Shown one piece after another: positions 1-8,672 of a DNA stretch of 15,801 nt (its first letter is position 1; the number at the start of each line of letters is the position of its first letter). The position numbers and the translations under genes were made by a program. The notes under the pieces are model-generated. The model was not told the DNA's origin, searched no databases, and saw nothing but the letters and a program-made list of their open reading frames with translations. The DNA comes from Octopus sinensis (taxonomy: Eukaryota): assembly GCF_006345805.1 (NCBI RefSeq), contig NW_021825340.1, forward strand, positions 1 through 15,801, in the 5' to 3' direction.

Positions 1-323
1 AAACACGATAGTATGTATTAATTACAAACTGGAAAAATCATTTCGGTGATAAGCTATAAATTTAACGGTCCAAAATTCATATTCCAGCAGTAATGCTTAC
101 ACTAATTACATTGGTGCTATTTACTAATAAAGAGACAGCAACGGATGATAGCTTCACTTAATTTTGAAGAGAAGACTGCTTAGACCTAGCCTAGGAACTA
201 TGATTGATGGATTTGCAAAGGCTGCGACTCCAATCACAAAGCGACGAACACACATGGCAATACAGAGAACAAAATGAACAGAAAAGTAAAACACACCAAC
301 AAAATATCTTGATAAATAATATA

Positions 324-706
324 TACTCTTTTACTCTTTTACATGTTACATGTTTAGTCGAGCAAATCGACCCCAGGACTTATTCTTTGTAAGCCTAGTA
401 CTTATTCTATCGGTCTCTTTTGCCGAACCGCTAAGTTACGGGGACGTAAACACACCAGCACCGGTTGTCAAGCGATGTTGGGAGGACAAACACAGACACA
501 CAAACACATACACACATACATATATATATATATACATATATAAGATGGGCTTCTTTCAGTTCCCATCTACCAAATCCACTCACAAGGCTTTGGTCGGCCC
601 GAGACTATAGTAAAAGACACTTGCCCAAGGTGCTACGTAGTGGGACTGAACCCTGAACCATGTGGTCGATAATCAAGCTACTTACCACACAGCCACTCCT
701 ACGCCT
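324..706 (-). mobile_element. tRNA-derived SINE, family A, copy 1 (near full length)
   Basis: Reverse complement matches the copies at 3863, 13551 and 14196. Minus-strand head AGGCGTAGGAGTGGCTGTGTGG (A box), GGTTCAGTCCC (B box), internal (TA)n(TG)n, (TAAAAGAG)n tail. About 38 bp near the tail is replaced by a short TTACATG duplication. Confidence 0.93.
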
Positions 707-916
707 TCCTATGGCAAGAAAAAGTTGTGTTTTGAAATATGACTTTGTTGCCCACTCTATCTCTGCCAGTCAGAGCCCTCATTTAAGCAATGTCTGAACA
801 ACCACAGTTCTTCTTTAGGGTAACAGATTGGCACAGCACGTATGACTCTGAAAAGAGGAAAGGGCCCAATACATAATTAAATGAAAACTTTTTAAACAAC
901 TGGGTAATTATATTAT

Positions 917-1201
917 TGTAGTATCGCCACTGTTTATGACGATACTTGTTTACACTATAACCGTGTAATAACAATAAAATAAAATAACAATAATATATAT
1001 AACGAAGCAGGGTAACAACATAACAATCCAACAAACTTTCCACGAACTATACACGAACGATATTCCAACCAACTACCAAAGCAGCACCTTACGACTTCCC
1101 GCGATTAACGCCTACTTTCTCTGTTTCTCACTCAGACCGCCACTATTTAGAATCGTTCGGTCAAGCCAATTCTCGCAAGGGGTGCCGTGACTCTCACCAC
1201 A
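917..1201 (-). mobile_element. possible solo LTR
   Basis: 285-bp segment reading TGTGGT...ACTACA on the minus strand (TG..CA ends, 5/6 inverted match), with TATA-like TAAATA and poly(A)-signal-like CATAAA in the expected order. No target-site duplication and no second copy. Confidence 0.25.
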
Positions 1202-1305
1202 GCTTTGCAAGCTTTGTTTGGCAGGAAGTGCAAGAATCCTAAAAAATATGTTCCACCCGGGACCTTATTAAACTCCAGGAGAGAAGTATTTAGTCAATGA
1301 CCTCA

Positions 1306-1679
1306 TCTCTCTATATATAAACGGCAGTTTGTCTGTGTGTCTGTCAGGTTGTACCCTCACCCTGACCACGGCTTTCAACCGATTCTGATGAAACTTGACA
1401 CACACATAGCCCAATATCATAATTCAAAACTAACGCAGCGAAAATTTTGAAAAGTTCCCCCAGTTCTGAAAAAAATCGATAAATTCGACATGGGGTCGAG
1501 ATTCAGAAACACAAACCACAGATGGTCTAGGATACGCAACTCGACCTTTTTAACTATCAAAAAAAAATTTACCATCATTTTTTTTCCCATTTTTTTGCTA
1601 TTTTTTGGCTATAACTCTCTAAAAATGCTTTATAGTTATTTCCCTTACAAACCTGAGCAACGCCGGGCGATACTGCTAG
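1306..1679 (+). mobile_element. non-autonomous Helitron, both termini intact
   Basis: 5' TCTCTCTATATATAA, 3' CTAG (1676-1679), inserted between A1305 and T1680 with no TSD. GC-rich hairpin CCTGAGC-AAC-GCCGGG (1652-1667) ends 8 nt before CTAG. Short (TGTC)-like tract and CCGATTCTGATGAAACTTG motif near the 5' end, as in many invertebrate non-autonomous Helitrons. Confidence 0.9.
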
Positions 1680-2104
1680 TCTGATATATTTTCTACTACA
1701 AACTTGGAATTCCCAATTCATTGAATAGGCTCACAGCAGCTTCTTCCAATATCACCACGGCTGTAACCAATGTAAGGAGGATAACTCCGTCCCGCCTGCG
1801 ACACCTACGCTGACAATTTCTTTTTGGTTTACAAACCTAACTGACCGTGATGTATATTTTTCCTCAACCAGAAGAAGAGGGTATGTGCTTTCAGCCATTT
1901 GAGTCTCATTAGTGGCATATACGGCTAAGCGCTTTATAGGTACGAAACCAATGTACACTCTATGACCGGCCATAACGATTAAATTCCTAAAAAAAACAAT
2001 ATTACTGCTCTAATGTTTTAGAGTGTGCTTCCTTTTCGGATATATGAACTACAGATGATGTATAAATATATGTGTGTGTGTGTATGTATGTATATAATAT
2101 CCGT

Positions 2105-2459
2105 AGCCATTTTAACATGCCTGTCCGATCGAACGGACTCTACTACGATTTTTAATCCCAAGGGGACATCTCCTCCGGCTGGTTTACGATGCACAGCTTC
2201 ATCCCATAAATTGAGAGCAGGGGAGCGAACCCCTACCATCTCTAGGAGATGAGGTGTCCAGTATTGAGGAGTGGTAGAAATAGCCCGAAACCAGAACTGA
2301 TCTACCGGTCCTGTCACTAAAAGGTGGTAGGGATTCGCTCCCCTGCTCGCATGTTATCGAATGCGGCTGTGCATCGTTAACCAGCTAGAGAAGATGTCCT
2401 CTTGGAGTTAAAAAATCGCAGTAGAGTCAATTCGAACGGACAGCCATGTTAAAGTGGCT
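2105..2459. mobile_element. foldback / MITE-like element with ~140-bp imperfect inverted arms
   Basis: 2105-2245 aligns to the reverse complement of 2317-2459 at roughly 80-85% by hand (e.g. GAGCAGGGGAGCGAA / TTCGCTCCCCTGCTC). Spacer ~71 bp, non-coding, GC-richer than flanks. TSD unclear. Confidence 0.7.
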
Positions 2460-2542
2460 TAATATTATATTATGGTTGCAAAACGAAATATAGAGTCCCA
2501 ACCGAAAATTAATATTTATGTACCGGTTGCCAGGAATGTGTT

Positions 2543-2621
2543 TTATATATATATAGATATAAACACATATGTGTATGTATGTTTGTATTTGTGTACATAT
2601 ATATATATATATATATATGTA

Positions 2622-2653
<32 letters not shown>

Positions 2654-2801
2654 CTGTGTCTGTGTCTGTGTATGTGTGTGTCTGTGTGTGTGTCTGTGTG
2701 TGTGTCTGTGTGTGCGCGTGTGTTTGTGTCTGTGTGTGTCTCTGTGTGTGTCTCTGTGTGTGTGTGTGTGTGTCTGTGTCTGTGTCTGTGTCTGTGTGTC
2801 T

Positions 2802-2849
<48 letters not shown>

Positions 2850-2870
2850 TGTATGTGTGTGTGTGTGTGT
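2543..2870. repeat. compound (AT)n/(GT)n/(GTGTCT)n microsatellite
   Basis: Directly visible; explains the VCVC and HTHT ORFs. Confidence 0.97.
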
Positions 2871-3042
2871 GAGGAGAGAGAATATGAGCTAATGCGATAA
2901 ATGATAATCGGCAATGAAAAATTTCAGCTATGTCATGATTTCAAGAGAAAATACTATAAAACACATGGACTGGAGTGGCTGATATGGAGAGGCAGCTGAA
3001 GTATATAATTAATACTATCAATCTTCATTCCATCACTACTGT

Positions 3043-3250
3043 CACCACCACCACCATCGCCGTCGCCGTCGCCACCGCCACCGCCGCCGCCTTTTCCTTA
3101 TTGTATGCGTAGATGTTAATGTCCTTTATTCTGAGGCAGTTGATTTAAACAATCCCTACCACCCACTACCACCACTAACACCACCAACACCATCACTACT
3201 ACCACAATCACCTCTACCATCGCCTTCATCGCCAGCCAGTGCCTACCACC
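3043..3250. repeat. degenerate (CAC)n/(CGC)n trinucleotide tracts
   Basis: Visible CACCAC/CGCCGC runs in two blocks separated by unique sequence. Confidence 0.8.
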
Positions 3251-3732
3251 ATTAGCACTACCCCTTCAGCACGTTTTGAAATTATGGTGGGTGGAGAGGA
3301 ATACACACACAGAGTCACCTGCTGCATTAAATACCAATAAAACAGAAGTAATATTTAGATAAGAACGACATGGGCTATAGGCGCTCTGTGAATGAATACA
3401 GAGAGTCGTCATAAAATATTAAAAAATCAGAGTTTTCTCCCTTACCTTCTTTGATCAGAAAATGTTTGTCCTTACCAATAAGTTTCTATTTTGTATATTC
3501 TGCTCAACTTTACTACTATGTATAAATCTAGAATACTCGAATCGTCAATACTAACGGCGATTGCTTTACTTAAACATTGTGATATTCACATTTTGCCTTG
3601 TATGCAGAAATATTCGATTTTTCCAAATTAAGGTATTAAAAGATATGTATGATGAATGAGGATGTAAACAGAAATACCAAAATAACAGAAAAATGAAGTT
3701 ATATTAATCATACCCCGAAAGGTAATTATTAA

Positions 3733-3786
3733 TATTGATACCACCCAGAGGTGGTATCCTTATTGATACCACCCAGAGATGGTATC
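3733..3786. repeat. 28-bp tandem duplication in which each unit is a hairpin, at the mariner end
   Basis: TATTGATACCACCCAGAG(G/A)TGGTATC at 3733 and 3761. Unit 1 contains GATACCACC-CAGA-GGTGGTATC (9-bp stem, 4-nt loop). Confidence 0.9.
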
Positions 3787-3862
3787 AAAAGGTTCCTAGG
3801 GTAGTTATATTTAATTAAAAAAATAACTCATGTATCTAACTTTTAACATAATCTTTTAACAT

Positions 3863-4277
3863 AGGCGCAGGAGTGGCTGTGTGGTAAGTAGCTTGCTAAC
3901 CAGCCACATGGTTCCGGGTTCAGTCCCACTGCGTGGCATCTTGGGCAAGTGTCTTCTGCTATAGCCCCGGGTCGACCAATGCCTTATGAGTGGATTTGGT
4001 AGACGGAAACTGAAAGAAGCCTGCCGTATATATGTATATATATATGTGTGTGTATATGTTTGTGTGTCTGTGTTTGTCCCCCTAGCATTGCTTGACAACC
4101 GATGCTGGTGTGTTTACGTCCTCGTTACTTAGCGGTTCGGCAAAACAGACCGATAGAAAAAGTACTGGGCTTACAAAGAATAAGTCCCGGGGTCGATTTG
4201 CTCGACTAAAGGCGGTGCTCCAGCATGGCCGCAGTCAAATGACTGAAACAAGTAAAAGAGTAAAAGAGAGAAAAGAG
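3863..4277 (+). mobile_element. tRNA-derived SINE, family A, copy 2 (full length)
   Basis: A box TGGCTGTGTGG (from 3874), B box GGTTCAGTCCC (3917-3927), internal (TA)n(TG)n, 3' hairpin CAGTCA-AA-TGACTG, (TAAAAGAG)n tail. TAATCT occurs at 3849-3854 and 4278-4283. Confidence 0.95.
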
Positions 4278-4283
4278 TAATCT

Positions 4284-4590
4284 GATTCGAAACAGTCACA
4301 TTGCGCGGCAATATACGTGTCCCAGTGTTCCTGCCACTTTTAGAATCCGGTCTGGAAGTCGTTTTTCAGTAAGGGAGTTGAAGACCTTCTGCGATTCGTT
4401 CTGGATCTCGACAACGGTGTTAAAACGGTGGGTTTTGAACTGCATATTCATCTTAGGGAAGTCCACAGATGCTAAATCTGGCGAATAGGGCGCGAGTAGA
4501 AGCGGTACCATGTTCTTTTAGGCGAGAAACTCGCGAGTGAGGAGAGCTCAGTGACAGAGTACATTGTCGTCGAGAAGAAACCAATTCTTC
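4284..4590 (-). pseudogene. mariner transposase C-terminal fragment
   Basis: KNWFLLDDNVLCH*ALLTREFLA*KNMVPLLLAPYSPDLASVDF-PKM...; exactly 34 residues between DN and DF, YSPDLA motif. After a frameshift NDFQTGF*KWQEHWDTYIAAQCDCFESD resembles the mariner W..C....GDYFEGD end. Three stops and one frameshift. Confidence 0.92.
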
Positions 4591-4744
4591 GAATATATGT
4601 TTGATTACTTTTAACATGTACTATATTGAGTTGTACTATTTCCCTCATATCTCTGAAACAGCTGCAAGTCTACCTTTCTCTTTATAAATGTCCAGAAATT
4701 TCACATGCCTGGCTTTGCTGTCTCGTTTCATTTAACACCCATAC

Positions 4745-4769
4745 GTGTGTGTGTGTGTTTGTGTGTGTA

Positions 4770-4821
<52 letters not shown>

Positions 4822-4841
4822 ATATAATATATATATATATA
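4745..4841. repeat. (GT)n(AT)n microsatellite
   Basis: Directly visible. Confidence 0.95.
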
Positions 4842-4986
4842 GAGAAGAAAAATGAAATATCTTTTTATGGATAATTCGTTTAACCGATACCTGGGTAGCA
4901 AATTCACATCACAAATAACAAGGTTGAAGTTACGTGTCTAGGGCAGAGACTACGTGTTTTCGTGTGGAAATTTTTGTGTATTTTTG

Positions 4987-5214
4987 TAAAATTTATGAAT
5001 AAATGAAAGAATGGAGTTGAACGACAAATTAACAAATTTCCTTTATTTTCGACATATGTTTCGAAGGCTGCATATTCCTAATTGTGAAGCGGCATAATGT
5101 ACTCCTTATTCCTTCACAATTAGGAATATGCAGCCTTCGAAACATATGTCGAAAATAAAGGAAATTTGTTAATTTGTCGTTCAACTCCATTCTTTCATTT
5201 ATTCATAAATTTTA
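4987..5214. repeat. perfect inverted repeat (103-bp arms, 22-bp spacer), probable Penelope-like inverted pseudo-LTR remnant
   Basis: 4987-5089 is the exact reverse complement of 5112-5214. The right arm carries CGAAACATATGTC followed by AATAAA, the 3' half of a minimal hammerhead and a typical Penelope pLTR arrangement. The palindrome is certain; the Penelope assignment is inferred. Confidence 0.8.
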
Positions 5215-5236
5215 TAAATATATATATATATATATA

Positions 5237-5515
5237 CATTTATCGAGTGAAAAAAACGGTATGGACGATTTGTTTTGGAGTCTCGCAATACCATGTACGC
5301 CTATGAGGATTTACTTTCCCAATGAAACTCGGTTTTTTCTCAAACTTATTCTCAAACCTGTTATAATGTGATACATGTCTTTGGTGTGGTAATTGTACGC
5401 GGCTGAAGAAGGCTTTTGATCTACCTGTTATATCAATTATGCATTGATATAAGTCGTTCAATAAAGCCCGAAACATATGTACCGCAAAATCCCTTACGTC
5501 CTGTTTTTATTTTGA
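5237..5515 (+). mobile_element. Penelope-like element 3'/pseudo-LTR remnant
   Basis: Unique block bounded by (TA)n and (TACATA)n tracts, containing a minimal type I hammerhead near its 3' end. No RT or GIY-YIG motifs recognisable. Confidence 0.6.
5399..5485 (+). ncRNA. type I hammerhead ribozyme motif (minimal, Penelope-type)
   Basis: Stem I GCGG (5399-5402) / CCGC (5482-5485); core CUGAAGA (5403-5409); stem II GGCUUU/AAAGCC plus distal UUAUAUCAAU/AUUGAUAUAA; GAAA (5470-5473); palindromic stem III ACAUAUGU; cleavage triplet GUA (5479-5481). Confidence 0.85.
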
Positions 5516-5690
5516 TACATATACATATACATATACATATACTGGATAATCATCATAATCATAATCATCATTATCATCATTATCCAGTATATTGTATATG
5601 TGTATGTGTATATATGTTTATATATATATATATATATAACGGGAAGCTTTATGAAAATAAACAAAAGACGAAGGCAGTGGAAAAAACAAA

Positions 5691-5728
<38 letters not shown>

Positions 5729-5909
5729 TAGATATATATATATATAATATATATATAATATATATATATATATGCATATACACATACATATACATATGCA
5801 TATACATATACTGGATAATGATATATATTCAGTATTAATTACAGGTGTAATTGTTTTTATTCTGAAATCTTTCAACAATAATGTTTGTATTGTTTTATAG
5901 ACACATACA

Positions 5910-5951
<42 letters not shown>

Positions 5952-6004
5952 GGTGTGTGTGTGTGTGTCTGTGTCTGTGTGTTTGTGTGCGTGTGTGTGT
6001 GTGT
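5516..6004. repeat. compound (TACATA)n/(CAT)n/(TA)n/(GT)n microsatellite region with short unique islands
   Basis: Directly visible; includes a ~55-bp unique island at 5637-5692. Confidence 0.85.
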
Positions 6005-6401
6005 GGAGGAAGAGCATTTAGCAATTCAATTAGAGATTTTAAAAAGTAAACAATAATACGTGTAGCGTAATGGATTTTGATAATTTATTGAGCAGAATTA
6101 AGCCAAAGGGGATTTTAGATACAGTTATAATGTTTATTTGTGTGTTTTCAACAAATGGTTTTTGATCGATATCAGAGCAGCATCTTCATCATTATCATTG
6201 TTATCATCATTATGAGCATTACTTTCATTCTCTTCGTCTCGATGTATTCGCCATGATCATCATCATCATCATCATCGTCGTTGTCGTCGTTGTCATTTTT
6301 TTTTCATCTTTATAAACGTTGTCATCATCATCATAGTCATCACAAAACAATCATCATCATCATCATCATCATTATTATTATTGTTATTATTATCGGTACA
6401 T

Positions 6402-6470
6402 CGGTATTTCGTCCCGTTACTGCGTTCTGTGTTCAAATTCTGCCGAGGTCGACTTTGCCTTTCATCCTTC
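6402..6470 (+). mobile_element. SINE family B internal fragment
   Basis: CGGTATTTCGTC...GTTCAAATTCTGCCGAGGTCGACTTTGCCTTTCATCCTT matches 9720-9788. Confidence 0.85.
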
Positions 6471-6484
6471 ATAATAACAAAATA

Positions 6485-6538
<54 letters not shown>

Positions 6539-6925
6539 GTATAAAAGATGGGCTACAGCAAATATTCTGCTCATACCACAGATTTGCTTGTCAGTTTGCT
6601 TGACCTTAACCAGTTGAGCATGTCCCTTAGTGGCTGACGATATGTGCATCTCTGATCACGAGCAGAAGTAGTGGGGGAGCATCATAGCCATGTGTTGAGA
6701 GGAATTCTTTGGGGTTTGAATAGTTCACCTCTGGAAACATGGGTGGTTCTTTCAACATCCTTAAACAATCCTTATTCAGGGACCGTTTGAGCGGGATGGG
6801 CTACTCAACCTGAAGAAAATTCTAACTGGGCCCCACCTGCAAGGTCATGTGCTGTTTATCTTGATATGAGATCACCATGTCGCGCACATATGGTTGTGAT
6901 GCATGTGCCTAGTGTACCTTTATCA
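6539..6925 (+). mobile_element. repeat family C, copy 1 (3'-truncated duplicate of copy 2)
   Basis: Near-identical to 7284-7668 with the same start GTATAAAAGATGGG after (AAT)n. Confidence 0.9.
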
Positions 6926-6953
6926 TTACTATTATTATTACTATTATTATTGT

Positions 6954-7113
6954 TATTTCTTTATTGTCCACAAGGGGCTAAACGCAGGGGACAAAGAAGG
7001 ACAGATAAAGGGATTAAGTCGATTACATCGACCCCAGTGCGTAACTGGTACTTATTCAATCAACCCCCGAAAGGAAGAAAGTAAAGTCGGCCTCGGTGGA
7101 ATTCGAACTCAGA
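6954..7113 (-). mobile_element. SINE family B monomer (part of inverted duplication)
   Basis: Reverse complement of 7900-8060; homologous to 9744-9903. Confidence 0.9.
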
Positions 7114-7283
7114 TAACAATGGCACTCTTCTTTTTTTTTTGCTTCTATTTTCTGGAGGAGTCACCGCAATCCTATAAATGTTAATAATAATAATAATAAT
7201 AATAATAACAATAATAATAATAATAATAATAATATAATAATAATAATATAATAATAATAATAATAATAATAATATAATAATAA

Positions 7284-7749
7284 GTATAAAAGATGGGCTA
7301 CAGCAAATATTCTGCTCAATACCACAGATTTGCTTGTCAGTTGTTTGACCTAACCAGTTGAGCATGTCCCTTAGTGGCTGACGATATGTGCATCTCTGAT
7401 CACGAGCAGAAGTAGTGGGGGAGCATCATAGCCATGTGTTGAGAGGGATTTTTGGGGTTTGAATAGTTCACCTCTGGAAACATGGGTGGTTCTTTCAACA
7501 TCCTTAAACAATCCTTATTCAGGGACGGTTTGAGCGGGATGGGCTACTCAACCTGAAGAAAATTCTAACTGGGCCCCACCTGCAAGGTCATGTGCTGTTT
7601 TCTTGATATGAGATCACCATGTTGCGCACATATGGTTGTGATGCATGTGCCTAGTGTACCTTTATCAGACGGGTAGTCATGATGGGTATATTGGGCTTCG
7701 TATATTTTACCCCAGTGTCACTTTGATGGCATGAACTGCTCTCTCACTC

Positions 7750-7750
<1 letters not shown>
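7284..7750 (+). mobile_element. repeat family C, copy 2; probable non-LTR 3' end or non-autonomous retroelement with (AAT)n tail
   Basis: Homologous to 6539-6925 and, inverted, to 9161-9623. Fixed end CTCTCTCACTCA followed by (ATA)n, variable opposite end, no coding motif. Class assignment is inferred. Confidence 0.75.
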
Positions 7751-7803
<53 letters not shown>

Positions 7804-7899
7804 GTTATTATTATTATTATTATTATTAACATTTATAGGATTGCGGTGACTCCTCCAGAAAATATAGAAGCAAAAAAAAAAAGAAGAGTGCCATTGTTA

Positions 7900-8060
7900 T
7901 CTGAGTTCGAATTCCACCGAGGCCGACTTTACCTTTCTTCCTTTCGGGGGTTGATTGAATAAGTACCAGTTACGCACTGGGGTCGATGTAATCGACTTAA
8001 TCCCTTTATCTGTCCTTCTTTGTCCCCTGCGTTTAGCCCCTTGTGGACAATAAAGAAATA
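7900..8060 (+). mobile_element. SINE family B monomer
   Basis: B-box-like GAGTTCGAATTCC, CCTTTCGGGGGTTGAT...AAGTACCAG core, ends TAAAGAAATA like 9903. Confidence 0.9.
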
Positions 8061-8069
8061 ACAATAATA

Positions 8070-8159
<90 letters not shown>

Positions 8160-8302
8160 GTTGTTGTTCTTCTTCTTCTTCTTCTTCTTCTTGTTCTTGT
8201 TCTTATATTATTATTATTATTATTATTATATTATTATTATTATTATCATTATTATTATTATTATTGTTGTTGTTGTTGTTCTTCTTCTTCTTCTTCTTCT
8301 TC

Positions 8303-8333
<31 letters not shown>

Positions 8334-8380
8334 CATTATTATTATTATTATTATTATTATTTATTATTATTATTATTATT
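8061..8380. repeat. compound (AAT)n/(ATT)n/(GTT)n/(CTT)n microsatellite
   Basis: Directly visible; the ATT-GTT-CTT block occurs twice. Explains the poly-I/L/Y/N ORFs. Confidence 0.97.
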
Positions 8381-8463
8381 TTATATTGTCTTTGCACAGC
8401 TTCTAACGCTGGAGATGTACTACGGTGTCAGCTGTTCACTAGCAGTGAACTAAGGTAAAACCT

Positions 8464-8672
8464 ATTATTATTATAATTATGATTATTATTATTATTATCA
8501 TTTGTTTGGTTTTTGCTTTGTATTTGTGCAAGTTGACTCCAAGTCTCATCCAGAGACCTCAGGGGACACTAAATAAGAAGTTCAAGCTGATGTTATGACT
8601 AGGGTGCCATATTTTTGGTTATTCTGAAGGATGTCTGTCAAAATATAAGAAAATTATAAGATCGTTTTAACA
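8464..8672 (-). mobile_element. possible R4/Dong-clade LINE 3' UTR with (TAA)n tail
   Basis: Minus strand CCCTGAGGTCTCTGGATGAGACTTGGAG (GTCTC/GAGAC stem-loop), then an A-rich stretch and (TAA)n. Resembles R4/Dong 3' ends as I recall them; no ORF. Confidence 0.45.

Larger units (their letters stand above)
3776..4590 (-). mobile_element. 5'-truncated mariner (DD34D) transposon, interrupted by a SINE
   Basis: Degenerate transposase C-terminus at 4284-4590 continues across the SINE into a stop, a short AT-rich 3' region and a mariner-like terminal repeat GAGATGGTATCAAAAGGTTCC at ~3776-3796. Confidence 0.85.

Noticed and set aside
350-656. Recurrent peptides such as RLPNPLTRLWSARGYS in several ORFs (also 3856, 13739)
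   Set aside because: Antisense translations of SINE A copies, not a gene family.
757-862. Minus-strand polypyrimidine-CAG acceptor followed by VIRAVPICYPKEELWLFRHCLNEGSDWQR*
   Set aside because: Only one splice signal, short frame and no recognisable homology; needs RNA-seq.
1386-1450. CTGATGA ... GAAA inside the Helitron
   Set aside because: No stem II or stem I pairing; CTGATGA is part of the Helitron 5' motif.
5237-5371. ETRFFLKLILKP as a GIY-YIG endonuclease C-terminus
   Set aside because: Position upstream of the hammerhead fits but similarity is too weak to call.
5139-5485. Cis heterodimeric hammerhead between the palindrome half-motif and the complete motif
   Set aside because: Both share ACAUAUGU, but GCGG cannot pair with the GAAA following GUC, and the half-motif would be sequestered in the 103-bp duplex.
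6634-6830. CTGACGA and CTGAAGA in family C
   Set aside because: No appropriately placed GAAA with flanking helices.
6281-8458. Poly-I/L/Y/N ORFs resembling membrane proteins
   Set aside because: All derive from (ATT)n/(AAT)n tracts and SINE sequence.
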